The notes below the pieces were generated by a model, which was not told the DNA's origin, did no database searches, and saw only the letters and a program-made list of their open reading frames with translations. Positions 56,482 through 64,000 of a DNA stretch of 64,000 nucleotides are shown in pieces (the first letter of the stretch is position 1; every line of letters begins with the position of its first letter). Position numbers and translations under genes: made by a program. The stretch is from Escherichia phage MIZ6: sequence record OR192075.1; one strand, 5' to 3'.

Positions 56482-56734
56482 AGAGTTCTACTGCTTCATC
56501 GCGTTCTGCTTCGAAGGTTTCGCGCTGTTGTTGGTGATACAGTTTAAACAGAATGCCCCACATTTTACCATCTACGCCTAATTCTTCTTTAGCACGCTGC
56601 TTGATCTCTTTGATCTTATCGCCGTATGCTTCTTGAATGGTTTTCTGATCGCTGGCTTCTTTAATCAGTTGTGCCAGGGTATTTCCGTGCACTGCTTCGT
56701 CAAATACTACTTTTTCTTTTTTCTGTTCAGTCAT
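56459..56734 (-). CDS. dsbA: dsDNA-binding protein DsbA
   Basis: VFDEAVHG ... LGVDGKM ... VELYD blocks match T4 DsbA. Confidence 0.75.
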   Translation of the reverse strand: MTEQKKEKVVFDEAVHGNTLAQLIKEASDQKTIQEAYGDKIKEIKQRAKEELGVDGKMWGILFKLYHQQQRETFEAERDEAVELYDRVFNA

Positions 56735-56738
56735 AATA

Positions 56739-57335
56739 TTAACCCTCTTTCGTCATTAATTGAAAACCACGTTCAGCTTTTGAGATTTCGCTAGGACTTA
56801 AATCGTCACCAACATATTCTAGCATCATTTCTCGGATAATGTCAAGTGCTTTTTCATCACCTGATTTTAACTCGAACTCAAGTTCATAGTGAGCATCTCC
56901 AATTCCTTCGCCTAAACGTCGATAATAGAAAGTGTCTTTGCACATTTCCACTATACCACAACCCATATCTAGAGTCAATGACTTGCGATGTGTCATTATT
57001 TGCATTAGAGGAATGACATGTTCTGAGTTCACCCCTAGACTATCAACAAAATGGGCGAACTCATCCCATTTTGAAAACGTCATTTCCTCACGGTTGAACA
57101 GTCCAGATTCACCATCGACAATTTTGACCATGACTAATGTTCTATAAACGTCAAGTCGTGCATAAATTCCTTTTCGACGTAGTGCATGGTCTTCGGTATC
57201 ATAATAAAATTCGTGTTTTAATATGTTATCTCGGTCGACGAGATTGTACCCGTCATACATTGCCACCCACACATCACAGATTGTTTCCACGCCTTCATGT
57301 GAATGAGCATAGTATTTTAATTCAAGCTCTCTCAT
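56739..57335 (-). CDS. CYTH-like (triphosphate tunnel metalloenzyme) domain protein
   Basis: 198 aa; N-terminal ELELKY (ExExK), central YDTEDHALRRKGIYARLDVY, C-terminal HYELEFELK. Confidence 0.5.
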   Translation of the reverse strand: MRELELKYYAHSHEGVETICDVWVAMYDGYNLVDRDNILKHEFYYDTEDHALRRKGIYARLDVYRTLVMVKIVDGESGLFNREEMTFSKWDEFAHFVDSLGVNSEHVIPLMQIMTHRKSLTLDMGCGIVEMCKDTFYYRRLGEGIGDAHYELEFELKSGDEKALDIIREMMLEYVGDDLSPSEISKAERGFQLMTKEG

Positions 57336-57345
57336 ATGTCAACCC

Positions 57346-58293
57346 TTAGAACTCACCAATTTTCTGCAACATTTTAACTAACGCATTTGTTACAAAATAG
57401 TTATAAATTTTACCGCGTGGTGCTGGTTTAGATTTTTCCCATGCTAACAAAATTTCATATTCGATGTTATCGGGAATAAATTCAAAATCAATAAGTTCGC
57501 GGTTTTCGTCAAAGCGTCGTGCTTCTTCCTCTGTCATCAAAGACTTTGGATCTTCGGCATCGAAAATTTGCTCTAACCATTTGGTTGCAATTGGTTTAGC
57601 TCGTTCCCCTTCCAGTCGTGAGATAATGAAATCGCTACGGCACTTGATAGAAGCTACACCGTCTTTTGCGTCACCCTTAACACATTTTACCATAAGGTCT
57701 TTGTAAGGGCTACCGTATTTGCATTTCTTCCATGCTTTCTGTACTGGTGCCCACTGTTTCACGTTTTTGTATTTGTGCAACTGTGTGTAGTCACCATCGC
57801 CGGAGTTGATTAGCACCTGGCGACCTTCTACAGAAAACTTTTTAGTTAATACAGCGATTATATCATCCGCTTCAACTTTGTCAACCTTAATAACGTGATA
57901 AGGCATGTTCTCTTTAAACTCTTCGGTGATCTTATTGATCGCAGCAAAGATCATCTCCCAATCACGCGGATCTGCGTCTCGTTTTTCCTTACGGTTGCGT
58001 TTATAGTAAGGGGCGATATCACGTCGCCAGTAACCTTTACTTGAATCAAAGGCAAGTACCGTAATTGGGTATTGCTCTTTGAATTTTGTCATATTATAAC
58101 GCATGGTGTCAAGGATAAGATGACGGATCATGCCTTCATTAATAGGATCTTCCGGTTTAAAGGTATGCGAGATAGTAGCAATCATAAGCTGCGACATATC
58201 AATCAAATGCACACCTTCCGGCAGTTTATCTTCTGGATCATCGAAGAAATCATTAAGTGTAGCGGTAGTTTTTGTAAACGGGTTATACGTCAT
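57346..58293 (-). CDS. rnh: RNase H (5'-3' exonuclease / flap endonuclease)
   Basis: EADDIIAVL and SGDGDYTQL acidic motifs; resembles T4 RNase H. Confidence 0.9.
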   Translation of the reverse strand: MTYNPFTKTTATLNDFFDDPEDKLPEGVHLIDMSQLMIATISHTFKPEDPINEGMIRHLILDTMRYNMTKFKEQYPITVLAFDSSKGYWRRDIAPYYKRNRKEKRDADPRDWEMIFAAINKITEEFKENMPYHVIKVDKVEADDIIAVLTKKFSVEGRQVLINSGDGDYTQLHKYKNVKQWAPVQKAWKKCKYGSPYKDLMVKCVKGDAKDGVASIKCRSDFIISRLEGERAKPIATKWLEQIFDAEDPKSLMTEEEARRFDENRELIDFEFIPDNIEYEILLAWEKSKPAPRGKIYNYFVTNALVKMLQKIGEF

Positions 58294-58295
58294 AA

Positions 58296-58481
58296 TTAAG
58301 TTCTCTCCACTCTCACAACAACATATTCACCAAACGAGTTAGATACTTCACGGTCATACCCGTACTTTTCCATAACTCGCAGAATTGCATTGTTTAATTC
58401 GGCACGGAAATAATTATAATCCTTATCAGGGATTCTGTCAACTACCCATTTTGCACCTTCTGACAAATCAACTTTAACCAT
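58296..58481 (-). CDS. Hypothetical small protein (61 aa)
   Basis: ORF abutting rnh. Confidence 0.4.
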   Translation of the reverse strand: MVKVDLSEGAKWVVDRIPDKDYNYFRAELNNAILRVMEKYGYDREVSNSFGEYVVVRVERT

Positions 58482-58519
58482 AATATATCATCCTCTTTTG
58501 TTTCTATCAAGCCTTATTT

Positions 58520-58527
58520 TATAAATA
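58520..58527 (+). promoter_or_regulatory. Late promoter TATAAATA upstream of gene 34
   Basis: Exact TATAAATA; SD AAAGGAGA; ATG 58556. Confidence 0.7.
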
Positions 58528-58555
58528 TGAACATACTATAAAAGGAGACCCAATA

Positions 58556-61500
58556 ATGGCAGATTTTTCTCAACATTTCAAGGCCACATTTGGCTTTGAC
58601 GCTGGTAATGAAAAGGTCGTCAATGTAGCATACGCAGATAAAAACACATCAACGGATGCGGTCAACGTTGAATTTTTCAATTACCATAATGGTATTACTC
58701 AGTATGACACAACTCGCGGTTATGATCAATACGGAACTACAATCTATCAAAACCGTCCGTATTATGCAAAAGAAGATATCACAAAGCCAGCAGGTGATTT
58801 TGACCCGACTAAATGGCAAGCACTGCGCACCGATCCACGTTGGGATTATATTGCAGCAACTTCCGGTGATACTCCTTTAAAGTCTGGTGATTATATCGCA
58901 GCAGATGGTCAATTTGCAAACTTGACTTTCTCTATGCCAACTAAACCAGCAGAGGGAGACACTATAACAGTAAAAGATATCGGTGGCAAGTGTGGTGTTA
59001 ACGAATTATCGTTCTTGAGTTCAGGACATGAGTTTTACCATAACGGTAATGTGTATAACCGAAAATGGTATTGCACTACCCCGTATGCAATGAACTATTT
59101 CATCTTTGTTCGGAATCGTTGGCATGTTTATCAGACGGGAACAGAGCCGCGCGGTGTGTACGCACAGCCAGCGATTGATGCTATTCAAATGCAGAATGGT
59201 GACCAGGTATTTCGTCGTAGTTCGTTGGGTAATATTACCTTAGTGCTTCCTAAGTTTGCCAACAATGGCGACATGATCCAGACTACAGACCTTGACGGAT
59301 TAACCGCAACCAACCACGTTACGGTTAAAGTTCATGAGCACGCAGAAGAACAATCAATTGGCACGTCCGGTCTAAAAGAGATTATCGGTAAGCGTAGCGG
59401 TCATGGTGTATTCATCTTTGACAAGACGGAAAACTTATGGCGTTTGTGGGATGGTGATCAGTCTGTTCGTCTTAAACCGATCATCGATGACACTCGCTTG
59501 CAACCTAATAGCTATGTTGCTGTATTTGGTGATCGTGATGTTACTCTGACGCTGCCGACCAATGTCGAGCCGGGTGATCGTATTCAAGTTTCTATGCAGT
59601 ATATGCACGGAAACCAGAATTGCCGTATTATCACCCCCACAGAGGATACAAAAATCCTTATGCAGAAAAACATGGTTCAGTTTCCTAAGCGTAGCGAGTA
59701 CCCATTCAACGGGACCGACACATGGAAGGAAGTGTCTGAATTGTCGTTCAATGCGGCTAGTGATTATGTACCTTATCTGGAGTTCTCTTATTCAGAAGGT
59801 GATGATGGTAAGAAACATTGGCTGGTAGCACACTCTCATCCGATCGTCGAACGAGTAGACCCTACTCGTAAAGAGCGTGTTGGTGTAATTGCACTGGCTA
59901 CCCAGGATGAAACAAACAAAAACCATGAAGATAATCCTAGCGACGAAGTTGCGGTGACTCCAAAGGTTCTGGCTAATAAAACAGCCAACGAAACTCGACG
60001 CGGTATTGCTCGCATTGCAACTCAAGCGGAAACGCATCAAGATACTGGTTCCAACTTCCTGGATGATGTTATCGTTACGCCTAAAAAGTTAAATGACTGT
60101 GTTGCTACCGAAGCCCGTCGTGGTGTGATGGAAATTGCAACCCAGCACGAAACCAATGAAGGTTTAGACGATACCCGCGCTATTACTCCTAAGAAATTAG
60201 AAGAACGTCGCGCTTCCGAAGATCTCGCTGGTATTGCTGAAATTGTTCAGGTTGGCGGTAGTGCTGCCGCTCGACGTGGCGAAGCTGGTACAGGGATCTA
60301 TAACATCAACGACCATGCTAAAATTGTTACGCCAAAAAACATCAACGAGGTCAAGGCGACCGAAACTTCCCGTGGTGTTGGCTATCTGGCAACTGACGCG
60401 GAAGTGCAAGGGGCTACAGAATCAACCCCGCAAGATGCTTTACTAATCACGACTCGCACGCTAACGAAACGTACTGCTACCGAATCGCGCACTGGTATCG
60501 CTGAAATTGCAACTCAGGAAGAAACAAACTTAGGTCAAAGTGATAACCATATCATCACGCCTAAAAAGCTGCATACTCGCCGCGCAACGGAAACTTTACA
60601 TGGTTTAGCAGAAATTGCAACTCAGCCGGAATTTGACGCAGGTCTTGACGATGCTCGCATTTCTACTCCATTGAAGATTAAAACCTTCTTTGAGAATGCA
60701 CAGCGTTTGAAAGTAGATCCGACTCAGGGGCTTAACCTTACTGGTGATTTGTGGCAAGGTATCATGATCAGCGGTCTGGATGCAACCGAAGACACAAAAG
60801 GTGTCGCTAAAGTTGCTACTACTCAGCTTACGGATGCTGGTCAAGATGATACTACAATCATCACGCCTAAAAAGCTGCAAGGCAAAAAAGCCACCGAAGG
60901 TAAAGAAGGTATTATCCGCGTTGGTACTCAAGCCGAAACCGTGGCTGGTACACTGGCTAATGTAGCAATTTCTCCGAAGAACTTCAAATATGTTGTTCAG
61001 ACAGAGGATACATGGAAAGCAACCGAAGCTCGTCGTGGTTTCTTGAAAGTTGCTACTCAGGAAAACTGTTTTGTTGGTGACAATCTGCAAGGTTCTACTC
61101 AAGAACTAGGAAACTACCAGCATGACGGAATTGCTGTTACTCCGAAAGGATTAAACTACGCACTTGCTAATTTCTTACCTAAGATGGCAACCGCTCAGAA
61201 TAGTTTGAAATTGGGTAACGTAGAGGCCGCTAAATGGGCGCGTAGAGACATTGACCAGACCATAGAGAGCAATTACACGTTTAATAAAAACGTTAACGTG
61301 AAGGGCGATTTAGGGTGCTTAAAATCTGGTTCCTTTGAAACTCTTTCTGTGACTAAGAACTCTACTGATGTTCCGAGTAATGGTCATCTGGTGTTGGGTA
61401 AGCGTGGAGTTGACGGTCACACCGGAATTACTCTGCATGGTACAACCGCATCGGAAGGCATGAAAAACTCGTGGTCTATTATCGTTGGTGGTACTGGAAC

Positions 61501-62296
61501 AGCGCAAGTTGTTGATAGTGATGCTATCGCTTTCGGTCAAATCAATGATGGTGGAGTCGTCGAGCATTACGCCTTTGCTGTGGAACACAATGGCGACGCG
61601 ACAGCATATAGAGACTTTATTGCAGGTCGTAACCTGTATGCGAAACAAGGCGGTTTATACATTGTTGACCAGTCTAATCCGGCAATGACTCGTTCCCCAG
61701 ATGGTATGCTGAATATCGGTCACGGTGGAAGTGTTAACATCAAGGCAGGTCATCAAACGTTAACTACCGAGATCGCCGGACAGAAATATCAGATCGTACA
61801 CGCAGGAAACGCTGACGAAGTTCTTAACCGTCAGTTTGTTAAGAATGCTGGCGATACAATGGTCGGCAAGCTGACTATGGATAATGCGCCTATTGTTTCT
61901 GTTAAGCATGAAGCTAGCGCGGCAACCGCTCCGGCAATCGGCAACATCGGTTTCTGGAATATGCGAGTTACTACCCAGAACATCAAAGAAACTTATCCAG
62001 AGAAGAAAAACGGTACTCTGATGCAATGGGGTACTGACGCGGACGGGCTTACCCAGCTTTGGTCCCCTGATGGTACTCATAAACATTATATCCGTTCCGG
62101 TACTGGTGGTCAATGGACCGCATGGGGTGAAATTTACACCAAACAGAATAAGCCTACCGCTCAGGAAATCGGGGCAGTAGTTGCAGAAGGTGGTTTAATG
62201 AACTCTATGACGGTTCGTGATTGGATCAAAGTTGGTAATGTTAAAATCATCGCCAATAATCTGACTCGTACCGTAGACTTTATCTGGGAAGACTAA
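58556..62296 (+). CDS. 34: Long tail fibre proximal subunit gp34
   Basis: 1246 aa; repeated ITPKKL / GIAEIATQ fibre motifs. Confidence 0.85.
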   Translation: MADFSQHFKATFGFDAGNEKVVNVAYADKNTSTDAVNVEFFNYHNGITQYDTTRGYDQYGTTIYQNRPYYAKEDITKPAGDFDPTKWQALRTDPRWDYIAATSGDTPLKSGDYIAADGQFANLTFSMPTKPAEGDTITVKDIGGKCGVNELSFLSSGHEFYHNGNVYNRKWYCTTPYAMNYFIFVRNRWHVYQTGTEPRGVYAQPAIDAIQMQNGDQVFRRSSLGNITLVLPKFANNGDMIQTTDLDGLTATNHVTVKVHEHAEEQSIGTSGLKEIIGKRSGHGVFIFDKTENLWRLWDGDQSVRLKPIIDDTRLQPNSYVAVFGDRDVTLTLPTNVEPGDRIQVSMQYMHGNQNCRIITPTEDTKILMQKNMVQFPKRSEYPFNGTDTWKEVSELSFNAASDYVPYLEFSYSEGDDGKKHWLVAHSHPIVERVDPTRKERVGVIALATQDETNKNHEDNPSDEVAVTPKVLANKTANETRRGIARIATQAETHQDTGSNFLDDVIVTPKKLNDCVATEARRGVMEIATQHETNEGLDDTRAITPKKLEERRASEDLAGIAEIVQVGGSAAARRGEAGTGIYNINDHAKIVTPKNINEVKATETSRGVGYLATDAEVQGATESTPQDALLITTRTLTKRTATESRTGIAEIATQEETNLGQSDNHIITPKKLHTRRATETLHGLAEIATQPEFDAGLDDARISTPLKIKTFFENAQRLKVDPTQGLNLTGDLWQGIMISGLDATEDTKGVAKVATTQLTDAGQDDTTIITPKKLQGKKATEGKEGIIRVGTQAETVAGTLANVAISPKNFKYVVQTEDTWKATEARRGFLKVATQENCFVGDNLQGSTQELGNYQHDGIAVTPKGLNYALANFLPKMATAQNSLKLGNVEAAKWARRDIDQTIESNYTFNKNVNVKGDLGCLKSGSFETLSVTKNSTDVPSNGHLVLGKRGVDGHTGITLHGTTASEGMKNSWSIIVGGTGTAQVVDSDAIAFGQINDGGVVEHYAFAVEHNGDATAYRDFIAGRNLYAKQGGLYIVDQSNPAMTRSPDGMLNIGHGGSVNIKAGHQTLTTEIAGQKYQIVHAGNADEVLNRQFVKNAGDTMVGKLTMDNAPIVSVKHEASAATAPAIGNIGFWNMRVTTQNIKETYPEKKNGTLMQWGTDADGLTQLWSPDGTHKHYIRSGTGGQWTAWGEIYTKQNKPTAQEIGAVVAEGGLMNSMTVRDWIKVGNVKIIANNLTRTVDFIWED

Positions 62297-62301
62297 TTAA
62301 A

Positions 62302-62317
62302 GGGGGCGAAAGCCCCC
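62302..62317 (+). other. Hairpin GGGGGC-GAAA-GCCCCC between genes 34 and 35
   Basis: GNRA-type tetraloop; no T-run after it. Confidence 0.5.
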
Positions 62318-62329
62318 TATGGGGTTATT

Positions 62330-63469
62330 ATGACACAAGATATAGAATTACGCAACACTGGAATTAGGTTTGCGCATTTCGACGAAGACTCTGCGACATT
62401 TACCAGCATTTCAGAAAATAACTCTGTGATGTATAAGCTGGAAGTGCGCGGATCTAATGCGGATTCTACCAAACCAGCAAGAATTAGATTTAATGGAGTG
62501 GAGATCGTTGGCACTGGCTATGAAAATGGCCTAAATTTTAAAGTTCTTACTCCAACTGGACAACTACACGAAGAAAAGGTATTCTATGGTCGCGGTGCTG
62601 TTTTGGCAATGCGTGATTATCTTTCTTTGCTGAAAGGTGACTATATCATTGCGATGGCAACGCATGGAGAATTGTTTGCAGATCCGATAAGTGATGTTGT
62701 ATTTTCTAAGATGGGATCTGTATCATTCCCGAATCACATTTTGCTACAGCAAATGCCTCGCGTATCCTATGCAGCAATTTATTCTACTAAAATGGGTAAA
62801 ATTGTGTGCGAAGGGATGCAAGCGACCCACGGGGAAGGACAAGATTCATCTATACAAATTGAGAAGGTTTATGATACTATAGATGATCTTGCTATAACAG
62901 GAACACCACAACGATTTTTAGATTATCCGGTTGAGTATGTTAGCGAAGATGCCGAACATTTCGAGCTAATACAATGGCCTCGTGATGAGACCAGCGCACC
63001 ACTTGAGGATTTTAACATAAAGGCAGGTGACAAACTATCAATATCCTTTGAATTGTTCCGTGATAGTGCCGCAGCCGCAGCCAACGTAACAGCGCGTTTC
63101 TATCACAACTACTTCACCGATGGACAATATCAAACTGGTGTTCGATACAATGCCAGCAAAAAAGACCAATGGGAAAAGTTTGAAGCCGTCTATACCGTAC
63201 CGGAAGGTGTCGATAGTGTAGTAACTGGTTGTATCAGATATCCAACCAACTCCAATGAAGGTATTGTTAAAATTAGAAACATACTAATAACGCCGATCAG
63301 TGGAGTGGTCAAAACTACTGGTCCTACTTCATTTGGTGTTAATGGTGTTAGAACAACTCATATTCAGGATAACGGTGATTTTACTAACCCTGTAATGAGT
63401 CTTCTTAAGCTGCCTAGAGACAATAAACATATCACATCCAACAACTTTAAAGAGTTCGATGTTGATTAA
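62330..63469 (+). CDS. 35: Long tail fibre hinge protein gp35
   Basis: 379-aa ORF between genes 34 and 36. Confidence 0.65.
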   Translation: MTQDIELRNTGIRFAHFDEDSATFTSISENNSVMYKLEVRGSNADSTKPARIRFNGVEIVGTGYENGLNFKVLTPTGQLHEEKVFYGRGAVLAMRDYLSLLKGDYIIAMATHGELFADPISDVVFSKMGSVSFPNHILLQQMPRVSYAAIYSTKMGKIVCEGMQATHGEGQDSSIQIEKVYDTIDDLAITGTPQRFLDYPVEYVSEDAEHFELIQWPRDETSAPLEDFNIKAGDKLSISFELFRDSAAAAANVTARFYHNYFTDGQYQTGVRYNASKKDQWEKFEAVYTVPEGVDSVVTGCIRYPTNSNEGIVKIRNILITPISGVVKTTGPTSFGVNGVRTTHIQDNGDFTNPVMSLLKLPRDNKHITSNNFKEFDVD

Positions 63470-63481
63470 CATTTTTAACAA

Positions 63482-63509
63482 GCCGATCCATGTGGTCGGC
63501 TTTATTTTT
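63482..63509 (+). terminator. Rho-independent terminator after gene 35
   Basis: GCCGATC-CATGTG-GTCGGC followed by TTTATTTTT. Confidence 0.65.
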
Positions 63510-63631
63510 ATACAGTTGGTTAAAATGTAACCAAAACGAAGAAAGATCTTTAGAATAATAGAAAATTTGTTTCGGTTAAAAATTAGTCAGTGCCTCCGGC
63601 ACGTCGCGAAGCGATATTTTTGTTAACATTC

Positions 63632-63639
63632 TATAAATA
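63632..63639 (+). promoter_or_regulatory. Late promoter TATAAATA upstream of gene 36
   Basis: Exact TATAAATA 33 nt upstream of ATG 63673. Confidence 0.7.
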
Positions 63640-63672
63640 CTCGGAACTATAACTAATTTTTGAGGTTACTTT

Positions 63673-64000
63673 ATGGCAGATTTGAAATATGGATCTACTG
63701 TAGGTGGATCTCCCATTTGGACGCAAGGAAACTTGACGATCCAGCCAGCGGGGGATCAGCTTTTCTACAAAGGTCATAAAATCTATACCGCTTTTGATAG
63801 ACCTTCGGCTACCGATTTTGATGCTGTTAGTGCATCCGAAGGTGGCACATTTCAAAAGCAAGTTCATTTCGAGGAAGGTTTAAGCGTAGGTAGCGCATCG
63901 GCTGGAGAAACCAAAAAGAATGGTATCTTTAAAGGTCAGAGTGACGCTGCTAATTTTGACGGCGTAAGCTGGGGTTTGCATTCATGGAAGTCAATCGGCT
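63673..64000 (+). CDS. 36: Long tail fibre protein gp36 (3'-truncated by window end)
   Basis: N-terminus MADLKYGSTVGGSPIWTQGN aligns with T4 gp36 N-terminus. Confidence 0.8.
   Translation, partial: MADLKYGSTVGGSPIWTQGNLTIQPAGDQLFYKGHKIYTAFDRPSATDFDAVSASEGGTFQKQVHFEEGLSVGSASAGETKKNGIFKGQSDAANFDGVSWGLHSWKSIG

Overview
This window looks like a large syntenic slice of a T4-like (Tevenvirinae) myovirus genome; every call rests on reading the translated ORFs and sequence motifs by eye, and no database search was run. Plus strand carries late structural genes: terminase 17 (at window start), sheath 18, tube 19, portal 20, prohead core 67/68, protease 21, scaffold 22, major capsid 23, vertex 24, then uvsW, baseplate hub genes 51-27-28-29-48-54 and long tail fibre genes 34-35-36 (36 cut by window end). 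Minus strand carries hoc, uvsY, 25, 26 and a long early/middle block in T4 order: alt, DNA ligase 30, 31, cd, pseT, spanin-like pair, rnlA, denA, nrdB, nrdA, td, frd, 32, 59, dsbA, rnh. Nine exact TATAAATA late-promoter boxes sit upstream of late genes. Between alt and gene 30, and at several other points, lie about 45 small ORFs, most preceded by a repeated ~70-bp cassette: a near-consensus sigma70-like early promoter, a variable inverted repeat, and a conserved leader with SD GGAGAATCA. As I recall, this matches the PeSL (promoter-early stem-loop) cassettes reported for RB49/RB43-type phages, but that needs checking. The most interesting candidates are (1) an early operon encoding a minimal C5-methyltransferase-fold protein, a Zn-ribbon/HNH-like protein and a DUF262 (GmrS-like) protein; (2) six paralogous ~100-aa proteins with an HxHW ... 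AVDV motif; (3) a CYTH-like protein between dsbA and rnh; (4) a NADAR-like protein near two ADP-ribosyltransferase genes; (5) a thymidylate synthase with a ~135-aa in-frame insertion. Coordinates of features not in the ORF track were anchored to track ORF boundaries and may be off by a few nt.
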